Source: Pseudomonadota bacterium | Lineage (GTDB): Bacteria; Myxococcota; JACRCW01; JAFGSX01 | Length of the DNA: 64,000 nucleotides | Direction of reading: 5' to 3' | Assembly (NCBI GenBank): GCA_043821645.1 | Contig: JBDRCO010000002.1 | Span: 2,768 to 66,767, forward strand | Shown here: positions 27,574-36,301 of the stretch, one piece after another | Position numbering within the stretch: the stretch's first letter is position 1 | Layout: every line of letters begins with the position of its first letter | The notes under the pieces: model-generated | Told to the model about the DNA's origin: nothing | Databases searched by the model: none | Seen by the model: only the letters and a program-made list of their open reading frames with translations | Position numbers and translations under genes: made by a program

Positions 27574-27678
27574 GGGGTCGCCGGGTGGCTCCGCGGGGTC
27601 GACAGGCCGCTTTTTGGGGTCGCCAGGTGCGTCCGTGGGGTCACCAGGTGACTCCGTGGGGTCTCCCCCGGCCGCACG
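27574..27678. repeat. Five contiguous 21-bp direct repeats (consensus GGGGTCGCCAGGTGnnTCCGy), with degenerate extra copies back to about 27468
   Basis: GGGGTC recurs at 27574, 27595, 27616, 27637 and 27658, an exact 21-bp phase. One unit, GTCACCAGGTGAC, is a perfect palindrome. The array is non-coding: the apparent PGDP/WGHQ repeat ORFs on both strands are artefacts of reading through it. Confidence 0.7.
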
Positions 27679-27922
27679 CAGGCCTCCCCTGCCATGTCGC
27701 AAGGTCCTTAAAAGACAAGGAAATGCCTGCGCCCAGACCCCCCACTAGCCCGTCCCCCTGCCCTGGCGGTCAGGTGATCTCCAGAGTGGGTGTTTGCCTA
27801 CGATCGGCGTGCTAGCGGATCAACCGAAAAATGGGATGGGGGGGTGGAGAGGCGGTGTAAGTTTATGCTTTTGCTTGGGGGATATTTTGTTGGCACCTAT
27901 TCGGGCACCTATTCGGGCCTGA

Positions 27923-28075
27923 CCCCGCTGCTGCATCGCGCCCTACCCGAGCATCGTCGTCACGGGCGCGAGCACGCTGGCCACCGCGCTGGCCCGCTTC
28001 AATGACACCCTGGCACCTTCGCGTCGCCTGCTGCCGGCCCAGGCCGCGATCATCGCCCTGGCCGACGAGGATCCT
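27923..28075 (+). pseudogene. Possible gene remnant: about 50-codon open frame with no start (IAPYPSIVVTGASTLATALARFNDTLAPSRRLLPAQAAIIALADEDPALR*)
   Basis: GC3 is strongly biased like genuine genes in this window, but there is no start codon, RBS or recognisable domain. It sits next to a low-GC stretch in the scar region. Confidence 0.2.
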
Positions 28076-28306
28076 GCACTCAGATAGTCTTACTGCGGTG
28101 TGGCATTTTGGATTGTCCGGCGCTGTGCTCTGATGCGGGGATTGTCAGTGCCAGCGGGGGGCACGCTCATGCGGACGTCGGGTCACAGCCACGCCAGCGT
28201 GGACACATCGAGCGTTCCACCAAGAAATGGCATCCAGAAGGTGCCCACTCACAGTCTCTTTCCTGGCCCTGACGCCGCAGGCGCCAGCACACAAAGGGGG
28301 TCCAGC

Positions 28307-28621
28307 ATGATCGGTCGTTTCATCACGCTCGGTCTTCTCGTGGCCGGACTGGCCCTGGCCATGGCCAGCGGCATGGGCGTGCTCACGCAATCCCTGAGCT
28401 TCGAGAATCCGAGCTACGAATACCAGTGCATCCCCATCATCGACGGTGAGGAGCAGGAGATGATCGAACCCACCAACTCCCGCACCTTCACGGTCTCGTC
28501 CGGCGAGCACGAACTCAATACCCGGTTCATGAAGAACGGCAGCGAGGTCGAGGTCGGCACTGCCCGCACCGTCCTGGTCGACCAGGCCACCTCGGTCAAG
28601 TGCTACGGGTTCATGGAGTGA
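28307..28621 (+). CDS. Small secreted or membrane-anchored protein (hypothetical, 104 aa)
   Basis: Start at MIGRFITLGLLVAGLALAMASG (signal/TM), preceded by AAAGGGGG. Two Cys. Lies 75 bp upstream of the GH114 gene. Confidence 0.5.
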   Translation: MIGRFITLGLLVAGLALAMASGMGVLTQSLSFENPSYEYQCIPIIDGEEQEMIEPTNSRTFTVSSGEHELNTRFMKNGSEVEVGTARTVLVDQATSVKCYGFME

Positions 28622-28695
28622 CGTCGTCCGCTGACAACCGCAACGCGGCGGATTCGAAGCCCCGGCACGCACACCACCCACCGAGGAGACGCCCC

Positions 28696-29559
28696 ATGCC
28701 CTGGCAACCCTGCTGCTCCTGGCCGCAGAGGCTCTTTCTCTGCATCCTCCTGTGCCCGCTGTGCCTCATCGGTGCAGCCTGCGAAGAGCCTGACGGGCTC
28801 GATCCCGAGGTGCCCCCGGTCACCGAGGGTGACTGGTACCGCCCTGGCGTGACGGCCACCTGGCAGTGGCAGCTCAAGGAGACCGTCCAGACCGGGTACG
28901 ACGTGGCGGTCTACGACATCGACCTGTTCGACAACACGCCCCAGACCATCGCCGCCCTGCAGGCGCTGAACCGCAAGGTGATCTGCTACTTCTCCGCGGG
29001 CTCCTCGGAGGACTGGCGCGAGGATTTCTCGAGCTTCGAGGCCGAGGACATGGGCAAGAACCTGGATGAGTGGGAGGGCGAGCGCTGGCTCGATGTCCGC
29101 TCCACCAACGTGTGGACGATCATGCTCGCTCGCCTCGACCTCGCGGTGAGCAAGGGCTGCGATGGTGTCGAGCCGGACAACGTCGATGGCTTCGCCAACG
29201 ACACCGGCTTCGATCTGGCCAGCGAGGACCAGCTGGCCTTCAACCGCAATCTGGCCAACGAGGCGCACAAGCGCGGGCTCACGGTGTGCCTGAAGAACGA
29301 CGGCGACCAGGCCACGGACCTCGTCGCCTACTACGACATCAGCCTCAACGAGCAGTGCCACGAGATGAATGAATGCGGGCAGCTGCAGCCCTTTCTCGAC
29401 GCCGGCAAGCCCATCTTCAACGCCGAGTACACCCAGACCGAAGCGGAGGCGAACACGAAGGCAACCTCCCTGTGCCCGCAGGCCCTCGGCGAGAACATCC
29501 GCACCTTGATCCTGCCCTGGGAGCTCGACGACAGCTACCGTGTGAGCTGCGACATCTAG
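28696..29559 (+). CDS. Glycoside hydrolase family 114 (endo-alpha-1,4-polygalactosaminidase-like) lipoprotein
   Basis: Start at MPWQPCCSWPQRLFLCILLCPLCLIGAAC. GH114/PelA-hydrolase-like blocks: DIDLFD, KVICYFSAGSSEDWREDF, WEGERWLDVRS, GCDGVEPDNVDGF, LTVCLKND. Confidence 0.75.
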   Translation: MPWQPCCSWPQRLFLCILLCPLCLIGAACEEPDGLDPEVPPVTEGDWYRPGVTATWQWQLKETVQTGYDVAVYDIDLFDNTPQTIAALQALNRKVICYFSAGSSEDWREDFSSFEAEDMGKNLDEWEGERWLDVRSTNVWTIMLARLDLAVSKGCDGVEPDNVDGFANDTGFDLASEDQLAFNRNLANEAHKRGLTVCLKNDGDQATDLVAYYDISLNEQCHEMNECGQLQPFLDAGKPIFNAEYTQTEAEANTKATSLCPQALGENIRTLILPWELDDSYRVSCDI

Positions 29560-29636
29560 ACCGCTTTCACCGTTCCGTGATTCCGTGGGGGGCCCCTGAC
29601 CCCGGGTCTCCTCGCGTGCCGCGCGATCTCAGCGCC

Positions 29637-31781
29637 TCACGGCGCGCAGCCGGGGTTGGGCTTGCACAGGGTCTGGTCGCAATAGCCCGACTGGCACTCG
29701 ACCGCATCGGCGCAGCCCTGGCCGTCGGGCTTGGGCGGCTGGCAGGTGCTGTCCGACGAGCGGCAGAACAGGACGCCGTCACAGGTCATGTGATCCAGGG
29801 GGTCGCAGGGCCCGTCCTGGCCGGAGATGTTCCAGCACACCTGGCTGGCGCTGTCGCAGATCAGATCTTCGTGGCACTGCGAGGTGGCGCCATCGGTGCA
29901 AGTCTGGCCAGCGCTGGACAGCGTCCGGCACTGGCTGAGACCATAATCGCACCACAGCCCGCTTAGGCATTCGGAGTCCAGGATGTTGCAGGGCCCGCCC
30001 AGAGCGCTGGGCAGCTGGCAGGTCGAGCCCGTGCCATCCGGACACCAGGTGCCTTCGCTGCACTGGTCGTAGCAGGGTAGGCCCAGACCGGGCAGGTTCT
30101 GGCAGGTTCCGGCCACGTCGGTGGAAGGGCGGTGGCAGTAGTCGCTGAGGCAAACCTCGTCGGATCGGCAGGGCTCATTGTTGGCGCGGCGCTGAGCGCA
30201 GGCAAAGCTCCAGGTCGCGAGGTCGACCATCAGACAGCCCGTGCCCACCGGGCACTGCCAGTCGCCGGCGCACTCCTCACCAGCCATCACGCGATCGCGA
30301 CACTGCCCGCGCACGCACACCAGCGAGGAGCTGCACAGCGCGTTGTCTTCGCAGGACTGGCCCTCGGCCCGGTAGGGCTGGCAGGTGCTGGCCTGGGCGC
30401 CGCCGCTGACGCAGTACAGGCCGAGCTGGCAGGAGCCCACACCGGACGTGGCACAGGAGGCGTTCATGGCCAGGTCGGCGCGGCAGAGGTCGGAGGCATC
30501 ACAGTAGGTGCCTGCAATGCAGCTGCGGTCTGCGCAGCTCTCGTTGACGAGGGCGTAGCGCCGACACTGGTCGTGGTTGCACTCGGAGAACAGGCTCCAC
30601 TCGCAGCGCGAGCTGTCGTCGCAGGTATCGAGACTGCCGATGTCGCAGGCGCTGCCCGCCGGGGTCGCACCGATGAACATGTCGCGGCAGGGCTGGCTCA
30701 CCCGCAGGTCGCTGTAGGCCGCGCAGCTCGCGCCGTACAGGGTCTCCCAGCAGGTCCTGGCGTCGGCGGCGTCGTAGATGAACTCGCCGCGCGCCACCAT
30801 GCCGGGCAGGTCGTAGTCGTCGCAGACCTGGCGTTCGCCGGTGATGCAGGGTGCGATGCTGCTGGGCGGCATGACGTAGGCATTGCAGCGCTGGCTGATC
30901 TCGCAGCTGATGGTCGCCCAGTTGCTGCAGTAGTTCTGGATGCTCCACGACGGAAACGCGCCCGCCGCATCCTGGCCCGCGGCGTCGGTGTAGACCACGT
31001 CGATGCTGCCGCTGTCCGGCTGTCCTTGATCCGGCGCCGCCGCGTCCTGGGAGCTGTCGACGCCACCTCGATCGGTCGCCGCCGCATCACGGCCAGTGTC
31101 GGGCACGCCGCCATCGGGGATCAGGCATTGCCCATCGCTGCAGGTCCCGACCGAGCAGGTGCCACAGGAGCGCCCACACACCGGATCGTTGCCACACACG
31201 CGGCCGCTGCAGTCGGGCACGCAGGCTGCCACACAGCCCGAGCGATCGATGGACAGGCAATCGCTGGCACAGCGCAGCTCGCCGCTGTCAAAGCCCAGTT
31301 CGCGGCAGGTCAGGCTGTCGAAGTCCGGGCCGTCGCAGCGCTCGATGCCCTCGATGTGGTCGTTGCCACAGCTCGGCAGGGGCCCGCAGCCGGTCAGCGC
31401 GTAGCCGCCGCAGTTGGCCTGGCAGCTCAGGCTGCCCGGACCGTGGCCCAGGGATTCGCAGCTGGCGCCACCCAGGTCGCTGCCGTCGCAAACCTCGACT
31501 CCGGCGCGCTGGTTGTCGCCGCAGCCGCTGGGCGCGGCGCAGCCCTGGCGATCGAAGTCCAGACAGTTCTCGGCGCAGGCCAGGGTGCCGGAGCCAAAGC
31601 CCAGGCTGTCGCAGCTCTGACCGTCCAGGTCCGCACCGTCGCACAGCTCGTCGCGCTCCTGGCGCTCGTTGCCGCACACCGCACGCCGCGGCGTCGGTGG
31701 CACCTCGTCGGGACCGACGGGGTGAAAGGGGCAGCCCGTGATACCGATCAGCGCCGTCAGGCTCACAATCGCAGCTCGCAT
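29637..31781 (-). CDS. Cys-rich repeat lipoprotein (Myxococcus cysteine-rich repeat type, then a long Cys-rich region)
   Basis: Start at MRAAIVSLTALIGITGC. The N-terminus carries about four repeats of the form xCGNxxxExxExCDGxDxxGxSCxSLGxxxGxLxCxxNCxxxxxxGC. The C-terminus has more than 70 cysteines. Confidence 0.7.
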   Translation of the reverse strand: MRAAIVSLTALIGITGCPFHPVGPDEVPPTPRRAVCGNERQERDELCDGADLDGQSCDSLGFGSGTLACAENCLDFDRQGCAAPSGCGDNQRAGVEVCDGSDLGGASCESLGHGPGSLSCQANCGGYALTGCGPLPSCGNDHIEGIERCDGPDFDSLTCRELGFDSGELRCASDCLSIDRSGCVAACVPDCSGRVCGNDPVCGRSCGTCSVGTCSDGQCLIPDGGVPDTGRDAAATDRGGVDSSQDAAAPDQGQPDSGSIDVVYTDAAGQDAAGAFPSWSIQNYCSNWATISCEISQRCNAYVMPPSSIAPCITGERQVCDDYDLPGMVARGEFIYDAADARTCWETLYGASCAAYSDLRVSQPCRDMFIGATPAGSACDIGSLDTCDDSSRCEWSLFSECNHDQCRRYALVNESCADRSCIAGTYCDASDLCRADLAMNASCATSGVGSCQLGLYCVSGGAQASTCQPYRAEGQSCEDNALCSSSLVCVRGQCRDRVMAGEECAGDWQCPVGTGCLMVDLATWSFACAQRRANNEPCRSDEVCLSDYCHRPSTDVAGTCQNLPGLGLPCYDQCSEGTWCPDGTGSTCQLPSALGGPCNILDSECLSGLWCDYGLSQCRTLSSAGQTCTDGATSQCHEDLICDSASQVCWNISGQDGPCDPLDHMTCDGVLFCRSSDSTCQPPKPDGQGCADAVECQSGYCDQTLCKPNPGCAP

Positions 31782-31851
31782 GGCAGGTCCTCGTGTGCAC
31801 TCCAGGAGACGCCGTCCTGTCACGTCTGTCGCACGCTGTCAGTGATGGGAG

Positions 31852-32526
31852 TCACGCGGCGAAGTGGTCTCGAAGATGCTCGGCAGCCGCGGCCAGGTCC
31901 GACGCCACGTGATCGGCGACGGAGAAGTCGTCGCCCGCGCTGTACACGTCGGGCACGGCCACCACGTGGGCACCGGCGGCCTTGCCCGCGCGCACCCCGT
32001 TGAGCGAATCCTCGAGCACGGCGCAGCTCGCTGCATCCAAGCCCAGGGCACTCATGGCCGTCAGGTAGATCTCGGGGTCCGGCTTGCCACGACGGATGTG
32101 ATCGGAGGTCTGGATGAAGTCAAAGCGCGTGACCAGGTTCAGACGCTGCAGCACCACGTCGACCATCCGCCGCGGTGCGCCGGTGACCACCGCGTACAGG
32201 GCGCGACCGCGAAAGGCCGCCAGCAGCGCGTCCAGCCCGGCCTTGGCCTGCACCTCGCTGGCCAGCAGCTCGAGCATGATCACGTCGCGCTCGGCGAGCA
32301 GGGTGGCTGCATCCGGCGCCAGCCCCAGGTCCTGGCGAAACAGCTCCATGGACTCGATGGGCCGTCGCCCCATCATGCGGCGCAGGGTGCTGTCCTCGAC
32401 CTGGGTGCCATGGGCGCGCGCGATCTCGCGCTCGGCGCGCCAGTACAGGGTCTCGCTGTCGATCAGCAGGCCATCCATGTCGAGGAGCAGAGCCTGAAGT
32501 CTGGGGCGCCAAGGTGTTGCGGGCAT
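31852..32526 (-). CDS. HAD-IA family hydrolase (beta-phosphoglucomutase/phosphatase-like)
   Basis: Motif I DMDGLLIDSE and motif III/IV (GKPDPEIYL, DS..GV.AG..AG) are present. Start at MPATPWRPRLQALLLDMDG. Confidence 0.75.
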   Translation of the reverse strand: MPATPWRPRLQALLLDMDGLLIDSETLYWRAEREIARAHGTQVEDSTLRRMMGRRPIESMELFRQDLGLAPDAATLLAERDVIMLELLASEVQAKAGLDALLAAFRGRALYAVVTGAPRRMVDVVLQRLNLVTRFDFIQTSDHIRRGKPDPEIYLTAMSALGLDAASCAVLEDSLNGVRAGKAAGAHVVAVPDVYSAGDDFSVADHVASDLAAAAEHLRDHFAA

Positions 32527-32536
32527 GGCGCTGCGC

Positions 32537-32902
32537 TCAGTGCATGCGACCGGGTGCGACCGGCGCTTCACCGTCGTAGCTGTGCGCCATGACGAAGTAG
32601 TAAGGCACGCTGCGCTGGGCGCTGCTCTCGGCAACCAGCTCGAACAGATGCTCCTCCTCCTGCTCACCCTCCAGCGCCTGCACGTAGGTCACCGCCTCGG
32701 CAAGCACCCAGATCTCGCCGACCATGCGCTTGCCGCGAAGGACCTGTACCAGCAGGTGCTCGGGATCCTCCATGGCGAAGTGCCAGTGCAGATCCTCGTC
32801 GTCGTAGACCACGGCGTCGGGGGTGCCGGCGCGCACGATGCAATTGGGGTGCGCCAGCAGCCAGGTCCAGAAGTCCTGAAAGGTCAGGGTCAGCGGTTCG
32901 TT
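32537..32902 (-). CDS. Hypothetical cytoplasmic protein
   Basis: Open frame with a likely GTG start after GGAG (VNEPLTLTFQDFWTW...). No recognisable motif. Confidence 0.35.
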   Translation of the reverse strand, partial: NEPLTLTFQDFWTWLLAHPNCIVRAGTPDAVVYDDEDLHWHFAMEDPEHLLVQVLRGKRMVGEIWVLAEAVTYVQALEGEQEEEHLFELVAESSAQRSVPYYFVMAHSYDGEAPVAPGRMH

Positions 32903-33052
32903 CACGGCAGCTCCTGTCGCGTGCCCACGCGGAGGTCCGGCTTGGCGCGCCGCTGCATGATAGTCGAGACCCTTGCGAGCGCAAGGTGGGCGGTCTACGG
33001 GCAGGGGTGTCAAAGAGGGAGGAACGGTCGGCGCGGAGGCGCCGGGCAGGGC

Positions 33053-33160
33053 TCAGAAGACTCCGAGGACCAGGGCGGCGGCGTAGCCGGCGGCGAACAG
33101 CCAGGGGAAGTTCCAGGTCAGGCGCTTGGGGGTGGCTGCGAGGATCTTCTTGGCGGTCAT
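33053..33160 (-). CDS. Small membrane protein (35 aa), absent from the ORF track
   Basis: A GGAGGA RBS lies 6 nt upstream of the ATG. MTAKKILAATPKRLTWNFPWLFAAGYAAALVLGVF* has one predicted TM helix. Codon GC3 is high. Confidence 0.4.
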   Translation of the reverse strand: MTAKKILAATPKRLTWNFPWLFAAGYAAALVLGVF

Positions 33161-33384
33161 GGTGTCCTCCGTTGGCTCTGCAGCCTCCTTTTTCACGTCG
33201 CGTGCCAGCCCGTGCGACCACGCGACGGCTTGCGATGCATGGAATTATTTTAAGCGATCTCATAAAGTTACAGATATCGCCCGATCTCCGGGGCGGCCCT
33301 CGTTGCGGCCGAGGCCCCACGATCGTCGGCCGTCCACAACATCGGGGCGCAGACAGTGTCGGCCGGCGGCGACACGTCCCTGCC

Positions 33385-33412
33385 TTGACCCAGGGTGTGA
33401 CAGGACTAGGAT
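33385..33412 (+). promoter_or_regulatory. Candidate sigma-70-like promoter (TTGACC, 16 nt, TAGGAT) ending about 7 nt before the CAP-domain gene ATG; possibly a leaderless transcript
   Basis: Hexamers read directly from the sequence. Confidence 0.25.
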
Positions 33413-33418
33413 CGGCTC

Positions 33419-34879
33419 ATGAAAACCACCCACCTGCTCCTGGCGGCCGGGCTCTGTGTGCTCGGCAGCTCCGGTTTCTTCTGCGCCCCCAAGCGCCTGC
33501 CAGCCTCGTCGGTGGAGCTGCGGCACAAGCTCGACAAGAAGATCGTGGCGCTCAGCGTGAACCTGCGGGACCACCGCCTGGCCGAGGTGGCCCAGGGCAT
33601 CGCCCTGGGCGAGCTCAAGGACGACGTGGCCATTGCCGAGAAGATGGCCACGCAGGGCGTGCCCTATGCCCAGTGGGTGGTGTACCGCTCCGAAGGCGGT
33701 GACCTGGATGTCCTGCTCAAGGAGCTCCGGCGTCTGAGCCCGGCCAGCTGTGGCCTGGTCGACCTGCCCACCGAGACCGCGATCTGTGCCCGGGCGGTGG
33801 TCGAGTTCAACTCGGTGCCGGTGAGCGGAAGCGAGGGCGGCAGCCATCGCGTGCAAGGGACAGCCCAGGGCACCGCGCGCATCGAGGAGCTGCTCGTCAT
33901 GGCGCCGGGTGGCGAGTTCTACCCCGCCACCATGACCAAGAGCGAGCGCACCTTCGACGCCACCTTTGCCACCGACCGCGGGGCTGGCCTGTACACGATC
34001 GAGGTGCTGGCGCGCACCGGGCGCGGCATCGAACCGGCGGCGCGCTGGTGGCTCCGCGTGGGTTCGGCCAGCCTGCCACAAGCCACCACCGGTACCCCCG
34101 AGCCGGCGGAGACCAAGGAGACGGAGCTGGTCAAGCAGGCCTTCGAGAGGCTCAACCAGGATCGCGCCGCCGTGCAGGCCAGCCCGATCAGCTGGTCGGC
34201 CAAGCTGGCCGAGGTGGCCAACCAGCGCGCCAAGGACTACGCCAGCGTGGGCGCGCTGTCGCCGCCGGACCAGGAGAAGCTGGCCAAGCTGCTCATCGAG
34301 GGCAATCGCGCGCTGTCGCGCTACAGCGAGACCATCGTCGACGGCGTGGCCATGGGGTCCCTGTTTGGCGAGATCAACCAGAGCCCGTCCCGGCGGCGCA
34401 CCCACCTGGACCCCGTGCTGACCTCGGGTGCTGTGGGGGTGGCACGCAGCGCCGATGGACGCATCTTCCTGGTCGAGGTACTGGGCCGATCCTACGACCC
34501 CGAGAACCCGAACCAGCTGCGCGAGGCCATCGTCGACCGCATCAACCTGGCGCGGTCCAGGCAGGGTGCAGCGCCACTCACCGTGCACAAGCCGCTGACC
34601 GCCTACGCCGCCAAGATCGCGGACTGGTGCATGAAGCGGAACACTTTCTTCGAGAAGGACGAGATGCAGCGCACCCTCTCCGACGCCATCCTCGGCGACA
34701 TCACCGGTCTGCAGTACGCGGGCAGCGAGATGTTCAAGGTCAGCGGCGCCGAGGAAGTGACTCCGGGAGCCACGCCCATCGACAGGCGCTTCACCCTGGT
34801 CGGGGTCGGCGCTGCACGCAAGAAGGGCGATCAGTGGTGGGTGGTCATCCTGGTGGCCGCGGCCGAGCCACCGAAATGA
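33419..34879 (+). CDS. Secreted lipoprotein with two CAP/SCP (YkwD-like) domains
   Basis: Signal MKTTHLLLAAGLCVLGSSGFFC. Two segments fit the bacterial CAP pattern L..N..R...G..PL.....L...A...A (ELVKQAFERLNQDRAAVQASPISWSAKLAEVANQRAKDYA and LREAIVDRINLARSRQGAAPLTVHKPLTAYAAKIADW). Confidence 0.55.
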   Translation: MKTTHLLLAAGLCVLGSSGFFCAPKRLPASSVELRHKLDKKIVALSVNLRDHRLAEVAQGIALGELKDDVAIAEKMATQGVPYAQWVVYRSEGGDLDVLLKELRRLSPASCGLVDLPTETAICARAVVEFNSVPVSGSEGGSHRVQGTAQGTARIEELLVMAPGGEFYPATMTKSERTFDATFATDRGAGLYTIEVLARTGRGIEPAARWWLRVGSASLPQATTGTPEPAETKETELVKQAFERLNQDRAAVQASPISWSAKLAEVANQRAKDYASVGALSPPDQEKLAKLLIEGNRALSRYSETIVDGVAMGSLFGEINQSPSRRRTHLDPVLTSGAVGVARSADGRIFLVEVLGRSYDPENPNQLREAIVDRINLARSRQGAAPLTVHKPLTAYAAKIADWCMKRNTFFEKDEMQRTLSDAILGDITGLQYAGSEMFKVSGAEEVTPGATPIDRRFTLVGVGAARKKGDQWWVVILVAAAEPPK

Positions 34880-34901
34880 TGGGCCGCCCGGACAGCGTGT
34901 C

Positions 34902-35453
34902 ATGACAGCCGCCAGCGACGACATCCTGCTGCGCAAGCTGGACAGCGAGGCCCGGAGCCAGTTGCTGTACCGCTGGGCAAACCGCGCCGTCCACGAGGTC
35001 GGAGTGTCCTTGCTGGTCCTGGCCGACAGCGAGGAGGGCGCGAGCCGCCTGCGCGCCCTGCCCACGGTGACCACCGCGGAGGACCTGCAACTGGCCGTCG
35101 ACACCCTGTTCGCGGTGGTGGAACAGGCCGCGGAGGGCTGGCAGGCGAGCATCGACGCTGCCCACGCCCGGATCGAGAACTGGCAGCAGGTGATGCAGAG
35201 CCTGGGGCCTGACCAGGTGACCATGTGGTCGGCCTACGTGGTGCTGCTCGAGGATCTGTCGGGTCTGCTCGATCACCTTGGCGACGAGGGGGCAAGCCTC
35301 GAGGCGGCCCTGCTGCTGCGCAATGCCACGGCCACCCTGGCCGAGCTGCGTGCCGGGGGGGCGCGGACCACCGCCAGCAGCGTGGCCGAGGCCATGGCCG
35401 ACGAGGAACAGCGCCGACAGCGACGTGAGATCCTGGAACTCCTGCCGTCATGA
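34902..35453 (+). CDS. Hypothetical all-helical protein, translationally coupled to thiD
   Basis: ORF with a 4-nt ATGA overlap with the thiD start. No recognisable motif. Confidence 0.5.
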   Translation: MTAASDDILLRKLDSEARSQLLYRWANRAVHEVGVSLLVLADSEEGASRLRALPTVTTAEDLQLAVDTLFAVVEQAAEGWQASIDAAHARIENWQQVMQSLGPDQVTMWSAYVVLLEDLSGLLDHLGDEGASLEAALLLRNATATLAELRAGGARTTASSVAEAMADEEQRRQRREILELLPS

Positions 35454-36289
35454 GGCCACCGCAGCGGCGCCCGCGGACCGCACGTGCGCCCGCCGTGCTG
35501 GTGATCGCGGGCTCCGATCCGGGTGGGGGTGCCGGACTGCAGGGGGACCTCGCCACCCTGGCAGCGCTGGGCTGCTACGGCATGGCCGTGCCCACCGCGC
35601 TGACGGTGCAGGCACCGTCGGGAGTGCGCACGGTGGCCCCGGTCGCGGCGTCGCTCATCGCGCAGACCCTGACCGAGCTGCTGCGCAGTCTTGCCGTCGA
35701 CGCGATCAAGATCGGCATGCTGCACGACGCAGCGACGGTGCGCGCCGTGACGAGAGCCCTGCGAGGTTTCGAGGGACCGGTGGTGCTGGATCCCGTGCTG
35801 CGGCCGACCCGCGGACGCAGCTTGTCGACCCGCAACCTCGCTGGCGCCCTGCTCGACGAGCTGTGGCCTCGGCTCCGCCTCGCGACCCCCAACCTCGACG
35901 AGACTGCCGCGCTGTGTGGTCATGCCATCGACGATGTCGAGACCATGATCGCCGCTGCCAGCGCCCTGCGGCAGCTGGGTGCCGGGGCCGTGCTGGTCAA
36001 GGGGGGACACCTGCGGCACCGTGAGGCCATCGACGTGCTGGCCGACGAGGGGGGGCTGGTGTTGCTGTCTGCACCGCGGCGGCGCTCCGCGCGGACCCAC
36101 GGTACGGGCTGTGCCCTGTCGACGTGCATCGCGGCGAACCTGGCCCGGGGCCTGGAAGTGCGCGCGGCGGTCATCGACGCCCGGACCAGGCTGGATCGCG
36201 CCCTGGGTGTGGATCACCCGGTGGGACGCGGCACCGGATCGGTGGCCCACGCCGCCCTGGCCGGCGGCAAACGCCCGACCCCTCGCTAA
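35450..36289 (+). CDS. thiD: Hydroxymethylpyrimidine/phosphomethylpyrimidine kinase
   Basis: VLVIAGSDPGGGAGLQGDLATLAALGCYGMAVPTALTVQ (ribokinase-like fold, ThiD N-terminal signature) and GTGCALST near the C-terminus. Confidence 0.8.
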   Translation: MRPPQRRPRTARAPAVLVIAGSDPGGGAGLQGDLATLAALGCYGMAVPTALTVQAPSGVRTVAPVAASLIAQTLTELLRSLAVDAIKIGMLHDAATVRAVTRALRGFEGPVVLDPVLRPTRGRSLSTRNLAGALLDELWPRLRLATPNLDETAALCGHAIDDVETMIAAASALRQLGAGAVLVKGGHLRHREAIDVLADEGGLVLLSAPRRRSARTHGTGCALSTCIAANLARGLEVRAAVIDARTRLDRALGVDHPVGRGTGSVAHAALAGGKRPTPR

Positions 36290-36301
36290 CCTCGCGAGCG
36301 A

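Noticed and set aside
27468-27678. Possible CRISPR array (regularly spaced direct repeats)
   Set aside because: The repeat units are contiguous at 21 bp with no unique spacers between them. There are no cas genes in the window and no leader-like AT-rich flank adjacent to the array.
27340-27815. PGDP-, WGHQ- and SPG-repeat 'proteins' on both strands across the lexA upstream region
   Set aside because: The repeats are read-through of the 21-bp DNA tandem array. Both strands and multiple frames are open simultaneously, and there is no RBS or start context. It is treated as a non-coding repeat.
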